Positions 46,924 to 57,344 are shown, counted from the first letter of the stretch. The stretch is DNA of 64,000 nt from Candidatus Sericytochromatia bacterium (GCA_035285865.1 JAYKHS010000026.1:1-64000), one strand, 5' to 3'. The notes: generated from the sequence alone by a model not told the origin. Program-made: numbers and translations.

Positions 46924-48206
46924 GTCCGGACCTGCCCGGTTCCTCGGCCGATGGTCTTGACCGTCGTGAGCTCGCGCAGCCCCATCGGACCGCGCGCGTG
47001 CAGCTTTTGGGTCGAAATGCCGACCTCGGCCCCGAATCCGAACTCCCCTCCGTCCGTGAATCGGGTCGACGCATTCACGTAGACGGCTGCGGCATCGACC
47101 TCGTGCAGGAAGCGTTCGGCGTGCGCATGGTCCCTTGTCACGATGGCCTCGCTGTGGCCCGTCCCGTGCCGGGCGACATGGGCGAGGGCCTCGTCGAGGC
47201 TTGCGACGCACCGCACGCCCATGACGAGGGCCAGGTGTTCGGTGTCCCACGTGTCGGCGTGTGCCGGCTGCATCGGGACAGCCGCGGCCACCGCAAGTTC
47301 GATGGCCTGCGGGCAGCCCAGCAGCGTCACGCCCGCGCTGGCCAGCGCCGCAAGCAGCGCACCGCCGGCCGGATAATCCCGCGCCAGCAGCAGCGTTTCC
47401 GCCGCGTTGCAGACCCCGGGGCGCTGCGTCTTGGCGTTCAGGACGATGGCCTCGGCCATCGAAGGGTCTGCCGAGGCATCCACCAGCACGTGACAGATGC
47501 CGACGCCGGTCTCCAGCACCGGGACCCGGGCCTCTGCGACGACGCTGCGGATAAGGGCCGCGCCACCCCGCGGGATCAGGACGTCCACGAGACCCGTCTG
47601 GCGCATCAGCGCGGTCGCGGCCTCGCGTTCGGGGCGGTCGATAAGCACCACGAGGTCTTCGGGCAGTCCGCAGTCGGCCAAGGCTTCGCGGATCAGGCTG
47701 ACCAGCGCCCTGTTGCTGGACAGTGCCGAACCGCTGCCGCGAAGGACCAGGGCGTTCCCGCTGCGCAGGCACAAGGCGGCTGCATCGATGGTGACGTTGG
47801 GCCTTGCCTCGTAGATGAAGCCCACGACGCCAAGCGGTACGCGGACCTGGCTCAACTGCAGGCCATCGGGTCGTGTCCAGCCGCGCACGACCTCGCCCAC
47901 GGGGTCCGGCAGGTCCGCGACTTCCCGGACCGAGCGCGCCAAGGCCTCGAGGCGGCTGCCATCCAGCATCAGCCGGTCCAGCAAGGCCGGAGCCATGCCC
48001 TGCGCCTTGCCTGCGGCCACATCCCTCGCGTTGGCGTCGAGCACCTGCTCCTGCAGGGCGCGCGACGCCAGACGATCGGCGAGGCGCAGCAGGACGGTCC
48101 GACGCAGCCGTCCGTCCGCACGGGCGAGGACGGGGGCCTGCTCGGCCGCCTGCCGGCAAAGGGCGTTGACCTCGTTGGCGATGGGGTCCGGCATCGGATC
48201 CTTCAT
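46920..48206 (-). CDS. proA: Glutamate-5-semialdehyde dehydrogenase
   Basis: IYEARPNVT, CNAAETLL, NASTRFTDG, ISTQKLHARGPMGL. Confidence 0.96.
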   Translation of the reverse strand: MKDPMPDPIANEVNALCRQAAEQAPVLARADGRLRRTVLLRLADRLASRALQEQVLDANARDVAAGKAQGMAPALLDRLMLDGSRLEALARSVREVADLPDPVGEVVRGWTRPDGLQLSQVRVPLGVVGFIYEARPNVTIDAAALCLRSGNALVLRGSGSALSSNRALVSLIREALADCGLPEDLVVLIDRPEREAATALMRQTGLVDVLIPRGGAALIRSVVAEARVPVLETGVGICHVLVDASADPSMAEAIVLNAKTQRPGVCNAAETLLLARDYPAGGALLAALASAGVTLLGCPQAIELAVAAAVPMQPAHADTWDTEHLALVMGVRCVASLDEALAHVARHGTGHSEAIVTRDHAHAERFLHEVDAAAVYVNASTRFTDGGEFGFGAEVGISTQKLHARGPMGLRELTTVKTIGRGTGQVRT

Positions 48207-49318
48207 GCCTCGGTCTCCTGGCTGTCGAAAAGCACCATGTCGTTGCGATGCACCGCTTCGTCGGCCGTCACGAAGCCTAAAAGGCGCTCGATGGCCTCGG
48301 CCGGATGACCGGCAATCCGGCGGAGGTCGCCGTCCGCGTAATTGACAAGCCCCTGGCCGATGACGCGTCCGCGCAGGTCGGCCATCCGTACCACCGAGCC
48401 GGCAGGGAAGTTGCCCTCGATATCGCAGATGCCGGCCGCCAGCAGGGACTTGCCACGATCGCGCACGGCGACCACTGCCCCGTCGTCGATCCGCAGCAGG
48501 CCGGCGCGTCCATCGGCGGAGGCAATCCATCGGCGTCGAGAGGCGTGTCGTTCCTCGGGTGCGAGAAAGCGCGTGCCGTGGACGTCCCGACCGGCGACGA
48601 GGTCCAGAATGGCCCTTGGCTGGCGGCCATGAATCAGGGTCAAGGGGATGCCGGCCGACGTGGCGATGCGAGCGGCGTGGATCTTGGTGGCCATGCCGCC
48701 CGTACCCAGATCGCTGCCTGCGCCGCCGGCCATGGCCTCGATCTCGGGCGTGATGCGGGGGACTTCTCGCTGCAGGCGGGCTTCCGGGTGATCGGGATGG
48801 CGGTCGTAGAGGCCGTCGATGTCCGTCAGGATCACGAGGTGGTCGGCATCCACGAGACCAGCCACATGGGCCGACAAGGTGTCGTTGTCCCCGTAGCGAA
48901 GTTCCTCGGTCGCGATGGAGTCGTTTTCGTTGACGATGGGCACCACGGGTGGATCGAACGCCAGCAGGCGCGCCAGCGTGCCGCGGGCGTTCAGGTAGCG
49001 CTTGCGGTCATCGAGGTCTGCCCGGGTCAGCAGCAGCTGCGCGGTCGCGATGCCCAGTGGAGCCAGCAGCGATTCGTAGGTGTGCATGAGCAGGCCCTGG
49101 CCGACGGCGGCGGCTGCCTGCTTCGTCGCGAGATCCGGGGGCTTGCCGATGCCGAGGCGGGCGCGGCCCGCCCCCACGGCGCCGCTGGTCACGAGCACCA
49201 CTTTGTGCCCCGCATCGATGAGGTCACCGACCACGGAAGAAAGGGCCAGCAGGAACCGACCATCGAGGCCGTGATCCCGGGCGATGGTGCTGGTCCCGAT
49301 CTTGAGCACCACAATCAC
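48203..49318 (-). CDS. proB: Glutamate 5-kinase with PUA domain
   Basis: KIGTS, SGAVG, NENDS, GDNDTL, GTGGMATK. Confidence 0.96.
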   Translation of the reverse strand: MIVVLKIGTSTIARDHGLDGRFLLALSSVVGDLIDAGHKVVLVTSGAVGAGRARLGIGKPPDLATKQAAAAVGQGLLMHTYESLLAPLGIATAQLLLTRADLDDRKRYLNARGTLARLLAFDPPVVPIVNENDSIATEELRYGDNDTLSAHVAGLVDADHLVILTDIDGLYDRHPDHPEARLQREVPRITPEIEAMAGGAGSDLGTGGMATKIHAARIATSAGIPLTLIHGRQPRAILDLVAGRDVHGTRFLAPEERHASRRRWIASADGRAGLLRIDDGAVVAVRDRGKSLLAAGICDIEGNFPAGSVVRMADLRGRVIGQGLVNYADGDLRRIAGHPAEAIERLLGFVTADEAVHRNDMVLFDSQETEA

Positions 49319-49328
49319 GGCAGGGACC

Positions 49329-50603
49329 TCAGTCCACCCAGGTGAAGGCCACGTCGGCGACCTGCACCGTGTCTCCGTCCTTGACGTCCAGTTCGCGAAG
49401 CGCGTCGTAGATGCCGCTGCCCTTCAGGCCGCGCTCGAAGCGATGGATGGCTTCGGGGCTCTCGGGATCCCACGTCGTGAGCAGGCGGTCTGCTGTCGGG
49501 CCCGTGACCTCGAAGCCTTCCCGGGTCCGCCGGATGGTGAAAGGAGCCTCCTCGGGCTTCTCGGGCAACGCTTCCGGCAGGAAGCGTGTCGGCTCCGGCA
49601 GGGTGGGCAGCGTCCGGCGCAGGTGGTCCAGCAGAGGCTGAAGGCCCTGGCGGGTTGCGGCTGATCCCGCGACCACCACAAGGCCTTGGCCCTCGAGGAC
49701 CGCACGGACATGTTCCTCGTGCGCCCTGGCTTCCGGCAGGTCACACTTGTTCAGGAAGGCCACCCGGGGTCTCGCCGCCAGCTCGGGGCTGTAGGCTGCC
49801 AACTCATGCTCGATGGTGTTCCAGTCGGCCAAGGGATCACGACCTTCCATGCCGCCGGAGAGGTCGAGCACGTGAATCAGCAGCCGGGTGCGCTCGACAT
49901 GGCGCAGGAAGGCATGGCCCAGTCCGGCGCCTTCGTGGGCCCCCTCGATGAGACCGGGGATGTCGGCGACGATCATGGTGCCGCCGTCATCGAACCGCAC
50001 GACGCCAAGTTGCGGCTGGAGGGTGGTGAAGGGGTAGTCCGCGATCTTGGGACGTGCTGCCGATACGGCGCTTATGAGCGTGCTCTTGCCAGCATTGGGC
50101 AATCCGACGAGGCCGACGTCTGCGAGCAGCTTGAGCTCCAGGACGAGGTCCCGGGTGACGGCGGGACCACCCGGTTCGGAGTGGGTCGGCGCCCGATGGA
50201 CCGGGGTCGCGAAGGCCGCATTGCCACGTCCGCCACGCCCCCCTTGGGCGGCAATCCAGCGATCGCCGGGGTCGGCGAGGTCGGCCATGACGCGGCCGCT
50301 ATCCGCGTCGCGGATGACCGTGCCGCAGGGCACGCGCACGACGCGATCCTGCCCTGTGCGGCCCGTGCGATTCTTCTGACCGCCGGGCTGGCCGTCGTCG
50401 GCCTCGTAGTGCCGACGCAGTTGGAAGTCCAGCAAGGTCTGCAGGTCGTGTGTGGCCTCGAAGACCACGTCGCCCCCCTTGCCGCCGTCGCCACCCCACG
50501 GTCCCCCGTGCTCGACATATTTTTCCTGGCGGAACCCGACGCAGCCGTTGCCACCTCGGCCGCTCGTGACCTTGACGGTGGCCTTGTCGACGAAGAGGCT
50601 CAT
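49329..50603 (-). CDS. obgE: GTPase Obg/CgtA
   Basis: FVD, GGDGG, GLPNAGKST, YPFTT, DIPG, NKCD, and C-terminal OCT domain. Confidence 0.97.
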   Translation of the reverse strand: MSLFVDKATVKVTSGRGGNGCVGFRQEKYVEHGGPWGGDGGKGGDVVFEATHDLQTLLDFQLRRHYEADDGQPGGQKNRTGRTGQDRVVRVPCGTVIRDADSGRVMADLADPGDRWIAAQGGRGGRGNAAFATPVHRAPTHSEPGGPAVTRDLVLELKLLADVGLVGLPNAGKSTLISAVSAARPKIADYPFTTLQPQLGVVRFDDGGTMIVADIPGLIEGAHEGAGLGHAFLRHVERTRLLIHVLDLSGGMEGRDPLADWNTIEHELAAYSPELAARPRVAFLNKCDLPEARAHEEHVRAVLEGQGLVVVAGSAATRQGLQPLLDHLRRTLPTLPEPTRFLPEALPEKPEEAPFTIRRTREGFEVTGPTADRLLTTWDPESPEAIHRFERGLKGSGIYDALRELDVKDGDTVQVADVAFTWVD

Positions 50604-51154
50604 GAGGCTTGGGTGCGCGCGAGACGCATCGAGCCGAGGACCAGCATCGCGATGCCCACGTCGATGCCGATGTCGGCGATGTTGTAGATCGGGAACCAGT
50701 TCTGGCCGTGCACGACGTTCACGAACAGCCAGTGGATGTCCGGGCCTGGCCAGCGCATGTCGAACATGTCCGTGACGGCTCCGAAGCGGATGCGGTCGAC
50801 GAAGTTGCCCACCGTGCCGCCCAGCAGCAGGCCCAGGCCCGTGGCCTGCCACCAGCGCGGGGCCTCGAGGCTGCGTTCGTAGGCGAGGATGAAGACCGTG
50901 ACGGTACCGGCGACGAGGGCCAGGAACCAGACATTGCCGGCCAGGATGCTCCAGGCTCCGCCAGTATTCTTGACGTGGGTCAGCGCCATCCAGTTCTCGC
51001 GGAGGAAGGGCACCGAATACGGCAGTCCATCCATGGGTTGCCCCACGACGGCCAGGTGCTTCTCGGTCCAGGCCTTGACGGCCATGTCGAAGCCGAGCCA
51101 CGCGGCAAAGACGGCGTACATCAGGTGGCTGGCGAGCGGGGTGCGGTTGTCCAC
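50600..51154 (-). CDS. lspA: Lipoprotein signal peptidase II
   Basis: NTGGAWS, GNFVDR, VTD, YNIAD. Confidence 0.92.
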   Translation of the reverse strand: MDNRTPLASHLMYAVFAAWLGFDMAVKAWTEKHLAVVGQPMDGLPYSVPFLRENWMALTHVKNTGGAWSILAGNVWFLALVAGTVTVFILAYERSLEAPRWWQATGLGLLLGGTVGNFVDRIRFGAVTDMFDMRWPGPDIHWLFVNVVHGQNWFPIYNIADIGIDVGIAMLVLGSMRLARTQAS

Positions 51155-51319
51155 GCCCCCAAGCTAGCACGGGGAGCGCGGCCGGGCCAACGCCGGGTCC
51201 GTTGTTGCCCGATGGTGAAACGCCGGGCAAGGCCGTGATAGGCATCCATCAAGCCGGGGTAAGGCATCATGGGTGTCCGTGCCCCTCATCTGCCAGCTTT
51301 CAAGCCAGAGGTTCCCGAC

Positions 51320-52036
51320 GTGTCCGCCAAGATTCTCGTCGTCGACGACGAACCCAGCATCGTTAAATCCATCCAGTTCTCGCTGGAGAAGGAGGGCTAC
51401 ACCGTCGTCACGGCGACGGATGGTGCCCAGGCCGTCGAGGTCGCGCGCCGCGAGAAACCGTCGCTCATCATCCTGGACCTGATGCTGCCATCGATTGATG
51501 GTTACGAGGTCTGTCGCCAGGTCCGCCAGGAGATGCCCTGCCCGATCATCATGCTGACGGCCAAGGGTGAGGAGATCGATCGCGTCGTCGGGCTCGAAGT
51601 CGGTGCGGACGAGTACGTGACCAAGCCCTTCTCCCTCCGTGAGCTACTGGCTCGGGTCAAGGCCCTGCTGCGGCTGGTGGCTCGTTTCCAGGAGGCGAGG
51701 GTAGCCACGCCCGACAAGATCGAGTTCGGCGACCTGTGCATCGACCTGACCCGACACGAGGTCACCATGGGCAGCAAGGTGCTCTCCTTGACCCTCAAGG
51801 AGTATGAGCTCCTCAAGCTGATGGCCCTCAATGCAAACAAGGTCCTGTCGCGCGAGTACCTCATCACCCAGGTGTGGGGCTACGACTTCACGGGCGAAGG
51901 CCGGACGGTCGATGTCCACATCCACTGGTTGCGCGAGAAGATCGAGCGTGATCCGAACAATCCCGTCCGCATCCAGACCGTTCGCGGCGTTGGCTATCGT
52001 TTCGAGCGCAGGGTGCGTGCCGGCAGCGAGGCGTGA
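51320..52036 (+). CDS. OmpR/PhoB (WalR-like) response regulator
   Basis: LVVDDE, LDLMLP, GADEYVTKPF, RTVDVHI, TVRGVGY. Confidence 0.95.
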   Translation: MSAKILVVDDEPSIVKSIQFSLEKEGYTVVTATDGAQAVEVARREKPSLIILDLMLPSIDGYEVCRQVRQEMPCPIIMLTAKGEEIDRVVGLEVGADEYVTKPFSLRELLARVKALLRLVARFQEARVATPDKIEFGDLCIDLTRHEVTMGSKVLSLTLKEYELLKLMALNANKVLSREYLITQVWGYDFTGEGRTVDVHIHWLREKIERDPNNPVRIQTVRGVGYRFERRVRAGSEA

Positions 52037-53424
52037 GTCCCGTCGAACTGGTCCTGGCTCTGTGGGCCGTGGCCGCCTCCGGGGTGGTGGGCCTGCAGGC
52101 GCGAAGGCTCTTCCTGAAGGCACGTGACACCGAGGCCGTCGTGGCCACGATCGAGCAGTTGGGTCATCGGGCCCTGGCCCACGCGTGGCAGCCGGCCGTT
52201 TCCCTGCAGGCGCCGCCTGAGCTCCAGCCGGCCATCGAAACCGTCTCTCGTCTCGGCGACCAGATCCACGCCTTCCAACTGCTCAACATCGAGCAACTGA
52301 TCGTCGATCGTGCGGAGTTGCAGGCTGTCCTGTTCTCGATGTCCGAGGGCCTCGTCATCTATGACCTCGACATGCAGCCCGTGCTCACGAATCCGGCTTT
52401 GCGGCAGATGGCTCAGCCCGGTATCCACGCGACGGTCTTTCTGGAGCCCCATACCATGTTCCTCGCCCGGTGGGAGGATCCCGAACAGATCCGGCGCCTG
52501 GACCAGGCGATGCGGGACGAGCCGACGCTGCCTCGGACGGACATCCTGGCGCTCAAGGAGCCGCGCCAGTGGCTCAAGCGCTATTCTTCGCCGCTCTTCA
52601 ACGCCAAGGCCCAGCAGATCGGGCACGTCGTCATCTATCACGACGTCACGGCAGAGCGACAGGCCGACCAGATGAAGTCCGAGTTCATCACGAACGCCTC
52701 GCATGAGTTGCGGACACCCGTGACCAGCATGAAACTGCTGCTCGAGAGCGCGGTCGATGTCCTCGAGGGCGTCAGCTTGCCCGCGGGTGTCGCGCGTCCG
52801 CCGGACCTCGACATGCTCGAGAGCTTCCTGCGCGATGCCGTGGCCGAGGGCGAGCGCATGCACGTGCTGGTCAACGATCTGCTGGATGTGTCCAAGTTGT
52901 CCTCGCAGCGGGCCGATCTCAACATCCAGCGCGTCCAGGCGCTCAGGGTCATCGAAGAAGCCGTGGCCACGGTATCCCCTCAGGTTCGCCAGCGTGAACA
53001 GCAGCTTTCGCTCGAAATGCCGGGTTCCGCCGAGATTCCCGTCGACCGCGTTCGCCTGCGGCAGGTGCTGGTCAACCTGCTGGGCAACGCCGTCAAGTAC
53101 ACCCCGATGGGCGGCGAAATCTTGCTGACCCTTTCAGAAGGTCCCGAGGGCTGGGTCTTCACGGTCGAGGACAGCGGCATCGGCATTCCCGAGGAGGACC
53201 TGAGCCAGGTTTTCGATCGTTTCTATCGGGTCGGTCGCGATCGCACGCGGGCCGGTGGGCCAGGTGGTTCGGGCCTGGGGCTGTCGATCGTCAAGGCGAC
53301 GGTCGAGGCCCATGGCGGCAGGGTCCATGCGGAGCGGCGCGCTGAAGGCGGCACGCGCATCCGCTTCACGCTTCCGGCTCAGTCTGCCGCGGTCGAACCC
53401 GCACCTGGAGCATCCAGCCTGTAG
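52033..53424 (+). CDS. PAS-containing sensor histidine kinase
   Basis: N-terminal TM, PAS-like region, SHELRTP, NLLGNAVKY, DSGIGIP, GSGLGL. Confidence 0.93.
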   Translation: MSPVELVLALWAVAASGVVGLQARRLFLKARDTEAVVATIEQLGHRALAHAWQPAVSLQAPPELQPAIETVSRLGDQIHAFQLLNIEQLIVDRAELQAVLFSMSEGLVIYDLDMQPVLTNPALRQMAQPGIHATVFLEPHTMFLARWEDPEQIRRLDQAMRDEPTLPRTDILALKEPRQWLKRYSSPLFNAKAQQIGHVVIYHDVTAERQADQMKSEFITNASHELRTPVTSMKLLLESAVDVLEGVSLPAGVARPPDLDMLESFLRDAVAEGERMHVLVNDLLDVSKLSSQRADLNIQRVQALRVIEEAVATVSPQVRQREQQLSLEMPGSAEIPVDRVRLRQVLVNLLGNAVKYTPMGGEILLTLSEGPEGWVFTVEDSGIGIPEEDLSQVFDRFYRVGRDRTRAGGPGGSGLGLSIVKATVEAHGGRVHAERRAEGGTRIRFTLPAQSAAVEPAPGASSL

Positions 53425-54101
53425 CCGGCTCCGTGCACGGTGTGCAGGGTCGCCGGGACGAGCGGATCCGGTTCGATCCACTGACGCAACTTGACGATGT
53501 AGTTGTCGATGGTGCGGGTGTTCCGCACGGCCTCCCGGCCCCAGACCTCGTCCATCAGCAGGTCACGGCTGACGACAGTTCCCCGGTGGCGCCACAGGCA
53601 CCGCAGCAGTTCCAGGGCCCGGACCGGGACGTTCTGGATCTGGCCGTCCCGCTCCAGTTCCATGCGATCGAAATGCACCGTGGCGATGCCGATGTGCAGG
53701 CTCGTGGGCTCGGCTGGCTGTGGCTGGGCTGGCTGGCTGCGCCGCAGGACTGCCTGAATGCGTCCGAGCAGTTCGAGGGGACTGAAGGGCTTGACGACGT
53801 AGTCATCGGCCTCCAGTGCAAAGCCCGCGACCCGATCGGCCTCCTGCCCCTTGGCCGTCACCATGATGACGGGCAGTCCGGGCGCCTGGGACCGGATGCC
53901 CTTGAGCACCTCGAAGCCGTTCAGACCGGGCAGCATCACATCAAGCAGCACGAGGTCCGGCCGCGCACCGGGTGCAGTCGCGCACGCCAGGCCGTCGGGG
54001 CCCGTAGCCGCCGCCACGACACGATGCCCTTGTCCCTCAAGCAGCTCGACGAGGCCCGTCCGGATTGCCCACTCGTCCTCGACGACCACGATGGTGGCCA
54101 T
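53379..54101 (-). CDS. OmpR family response regulator
   Basis: VVEDE, LDVMLP, ADDYVVKPF, TRTIDNYIVKLR, TVHGAGY. Confidence 0.93.
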   Translation of the reverse strand: MATIVVVEDEWAIRTGLVELLEGQGHRVVAAATGPDGLACATAPGARPDLVLLDVMLPGLNGFEVLKGIRSQAPGLPVIMVTAKGQEADRVAGFALEADDYVVKPFSPLELLGRIQAVLRRSQPAQPQPAEPTSLHIGIATVHFDRMELERDGQIQNVPVRALELLRCLWRHRGTVVSRDLLMDEVWGREAVRNTRTIDNYIVKLRQWIEPDPLVPATLHTVHGAGYRLDAPGAGSTAAD

Positions 54102-54102
54102 G

Positions 54103-56043
54103 TCAGGTGCCTCCTTCCGGCGCGTGCCACGTCGGCCAGTGCACCACGAAGGTGGCACCGCCCTCAGGTGGATGCTCGACGTCCACGGAGGCCCCGTGCG
54201 CGGCCGTGAACTCCTTCACGAGGGCGAGGCCGAGGCCACTGCCGCCCGGGCCGTCGGGTGAGACGGCCCGATAGAACGGCTGGAAGATCCGCCTGCGGTG
54301 CTCTGGCGCGATGCCGGGGCCGCGATCAGCCACCTCGATCCTCACGTTGCGCGCCGACGCACCTGCCGAACGGAGGCGCAGCGCGATGTCCCGCGCATCT
54401 CCCGAGTAGGCGATGGCATTGTTCAGCAGATTCAGCAGCACCTGCAGGAGCGCGTCTCGATCCGCCCGTACCGGTGGCAACTCGGTGTCCGGCAAATCCA
54501 GATGCAGACGGAAGCCCTTTTCATCAGCCGTGGGCTGGATGATGGCCATGGCATCCTGCGCCAGTACGGCAGGTTCGATCTTCTGGAGGTTGTAGGTCTT
54601 CGTGCCGCGCTGGATCCGGGCAAAGTCGAGCACGCGGTCGATAAGGCGCCCGAGGCGTTCACTTTCCTGGATGACTGTGCGCGCCGCACTGCCCGGATCG
54701 CGTGATAGGCCCGAGGCCAGTAGTTCGGCATAGATGCGGATGGCGGTCAGCGGTGTCTTGAGTTCGTGCGAGACACCCGCCACGAAGGACGCCTGCATGC
54801 GGGCGAAGGCCAGTTCGCGCGCCAAGCCCCGGGCTATGGCCACGCTCGCGGCCAGGACGACGGACAGCAGGATGCCCAGCACCGTCCACGAGCGGCGTCG
54901 CAGGGAGGCGAGGCGGCTTTGCAGCAACTCAGGCGGCCAGCGAACCGTGACGACCAACGCATCGAGCGGGGCCGACAGGCGGGCCGAACTTACTTCGTCA
55001 TCGTCCGATTCGCCCCACGCGAGGTCAGGCATGGCCGTCTGGTCGAGGCGCCGCAGGCCCTCCCGGACCAACCCCTTGCGGATGCCGTCGAGGTCCACCT
55101 GGAAGCCGCTGTAACCCACTTCCGCGCGCCCGACAATCCCGAAGAGCCGACGCCCCTCCCCCTGCCCCACGACGACCCAGCTTGGGGTACGGAACTCCCG
55201 GTCCCGTATGGCGGGCCAGAGTTGGCCGGCGACCAGGCCCTGAACTGGTGGCTGGGTGCCTCGCCCGACACTTTCCCGGGCCATCCGGCGCAGGTAATCG
55301 AGATAGGCAGACGCCTCGTCCGGGCCCACGGCGGCCTCGATGCGGGGTGCGAGGCGTCCTTCAGCGCCGGCCTCGCCTCCGAGCCTGACAATGCGGAGTT
55401 CGGCCATGAGGCCGTACGGCACGCCGTCTTCGGCCTTGTCCGTGCCGAGCAGACGGGCCACGGCACGGTAGAGAGAATCGGCCTCTGCCGTCCGTCCCCC
55501 CCGTTCGGCAAGGCGTGCCATGCCGTAGGCGGCACGGGCACGCACGGCCGGGGCTGCGGAAAGCAGGAGGACCCGGCGGTAGGCGGCTTCGGCCTCGGCC
55601 AGTTGGCGGGTGCTGAATTCGGCACTTGCTGCCTCGGCAAGGGCTTGCTGGACCTGTTCCGGAGTGCCCTGCGCCAGCGGCAGGGGCAGTTCAGCCACCC
55701 GTCCCGGCGAAGCCAGCAGTTGGGTTCCGCCAAGGCGGTATTCCCGGTCGATCCAGAAGGGCTGGGAAATCCAGGGGAGTTCCTCGGCGAGGAAGGGGCT
55801 GCCGCGGCCACTGCGTCCCGGCGGTGGAGCAAGGTGGGCCAGACGCCTGCCGAGTTGGTCGCCAAGGTCCGCGGCAAGGGCCGCCGCCTGGCTTTGTCGG
55901 GCATCGGCCATCGCGCGCGCGATGGCCGTTTGTTCTCTGGCCAGCTCTCGGATCTCGGCTGCCACGAGCAGGGCTATGGGGAGTCCTGCAAGCATGACGA
56001 GCAGCAGGCCGGCACGCCACATCGGCTGGATTCGCCGCATCAC
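54103..56043 (-). CDS. Sensor histidine kinase with TPR-like periplasmic domain
   Basis: Two TM helices, periplasmic AEAAYRRV / ARAAYGMARL helices, SHELKTP, NAIAYS, DRGPG, GSGLGL. Confidence 0.9.
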   Translation of the reverse strand: MMRRIQPMWRAGLLLVMLAGLPIALLVAAEIRELAREQTAIARAMADARQSQAAALAADLGDQLGRRLAHLAPPPGRSGRGSPFLAEELPWISQPFWIDREYRLGGTQLLASPGRVAELPLPLAQGTPEQVQQALAEAASAEFSTRQLAEAEAAYRRVLLLSAAPAVRARAAYGMARLAERGGRTAEADSLYRAVARLLGTDKAEDGVPYGLMAELRIVRLGGEAGAEGRLAPRIEAAVGPDEASAYLDYLRRMARESVGRGTQPPVQGLVAGQLWPAIRDREFRTPSWVVVGQGEGRRLFGIVGRAEVGYSGFQVDLDGIRKGLVREGLRRLDQTAMPDLAWGESDDDEVSSARLSAPLDALVVTVRWPPELLQSRLASLRRRSWTVLGILLSVVLAASVAIARGLARELAFARMQASFVAGVSHELKTPLTAIRIYAELLASGLSRDPGSAARTVIQESERLGRLIDRVLDFARIQRGTKTYNLQKIEPAVLAQDAMAIIQPTADEKGFRLHLDLPDTELPPVRADRDALLQVLLNLLNNAIAYSGDARDIALRLRSAGASARNVRIEVADRGPGIAPEHRRRIFQPFYRAVSPDGPGGSGLGLALVKEFTAAHGASVDVEHPPEGGATFVVHWPTWHAPEGGT

Positions 56044-57344
56044 GGTCCATCACCGCGCAGACCGAGCCGCTCTCGAGCGAGCGTGCGAAGCATCGTACCG
56101 TCGGCATCCCGGCCATTCGGAAATTGGTCCAGCAGTTGCTGCCAGGCTTGGCGCGCCCCTGCAGTGTCACCCCGCGCCTCGCGCCGACGGGCCAGCAGCG
56201 CCAGGGCGCGTCCGCCCGCCCGGGTGCCGTCCGGCCACAGGTCCATGCGACGGTCGTCCGCCAGGACCTGTTCCGCGAGGGCCTCGCCATCCTCGGTGAG
56301 GCGTGCTGCCGCAACCAGAGCGCGACCATCGAGGTTGCTGCGCGGATGCTCGCGGGCCAGTTCCCGCAGCGCCGCAATCGAGGCCTCCCGGTCTGGCCCG
56401 ATGGCGGCCTTCTCAAGCTGGTTCAGACGCTGCGAGGCGCGTCGCCACGCCTCGGCAGGGAGACCGCTGGAAAGGGAACGGCCGAGGGCTTCGAGGCTCT
56501 CCCGGCCCTGAGCGGCCTGAATGGAGGCATCGCCGAGTGCAGCCTGCGTGACCTGGATGGCGGCGTCGAGGCGGCCTGTTTCCCAAAGATTCTGGCCCTG
56601 CTGCAGCCAGAGTCGTCCCCGCAAGGGCGCTGCAAGAGCGCGCAGGCCCGGAGCCCGAGCCTCGAGTGTCCGGAATGCCTGAAGACCTTCGTCCGGCCTG
56701 GCCTTCGGGCCGATTTCGAGAACCAGTTCGGCCTGAGTCGCGAGGGGCAAGGTGTCACCGAACTCTAGGACGAGCGACATCTGGATCGCCGTCGCCCGTC
56801 CTGCCTGGCCGGCCCGGATGAGGCGTCGGGCCGCTGCCGTCAGGCGCTTGGAGGCCTCTTGCCGGGCAAAACGGTCCACCTGGTTGCGGAACCCGGCGCG
56901 TTCGTCTTCCGGGAGCAGGGCCTCCCACCCCTGGCCTGGCCGCGTGGCCAAAGGGCCGGCCGGCGAGTCCGGGCTATCCGGGACGAGTTCGCGGGTGCCT
57001 CCCGTGCGCATCCAGCCAACCGCGGCACGCACATGGTCCGCGCGCGCGTCGAGGGCGGTGCGGTAGGCGGCGCGCGCTGCCGCCTCCTGCCCGAGCACGG
57101 CATAGTGATCACCCAGATCGGCCGCTGCCTCGGCAAGAATGCTGCCCGAGGCTATCGGCAGCAGGACCTGCAGGCGCGTGATGGCCTCCTGGAGGTCTCC
57201 GTCCGCGACGGCCAGCAATCTGGCCTCTGCCAGCTTTCTCGTCGGCGTGTCCGGACGGGACAGTCCGGATGCCGGGACGGGAAACAGCACCCCTACGCCC
57301 AGCAGTAGCCAAGGCGCCCGGTTCAGCCACATGCGGGACGTCAT
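56040..57344 (-). CDS. Secreted TPR-like protein
   Basis: Signal peptide, TPR-like helices, ARQAWQQLLDQFP. Confidence 0.7.
   Translation of the reverse strand: MTSRMWLNRAPWLLLGVGVLFPVPASGLSRPDTPTRKLAEARLLAVADGDLQEAITRLQVLLPIASGSILAEAAADLGDHYAVLGQEAAARAAYRTALDARADHVRAAVGWMRTGGTRELVPDSPDSPAGPLATRPGQGWEALLPEDERAGFRNQVDRFARQEASKRLTAAARRLIRAGQAGRATAIQMSLVLEFGDTLPLATQAELVLEIGPKARPDEGLQAFRTLEARAPGLRALAAPLRGRLWLQQGQNLWETGRLDAAIQVTQAALGDASIQAAQGRESLEALGRSLSSGLPAEAWRRASQRLNQLEKAAIGPDREASIAALRELAREHPRSNLDGRALVAAARLTEDGEALAEQVLADDRRMDLWPDGTRAGGRALALLARRREARGDTAGARQAWQQLLDQFPNGRDADGTMLRTLARERLGLRGDGP

Noticed and set aside
46315..48159. 614-aa ORF suggesting an extended or fused NadD; similarly long upstream extensions on obgE, aroA, yebC and HU
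   Set aside because: The extensions overlap genuine neighbouring genes in other frames. Homology begins at internal starts with ATGA coupling or an RBS.
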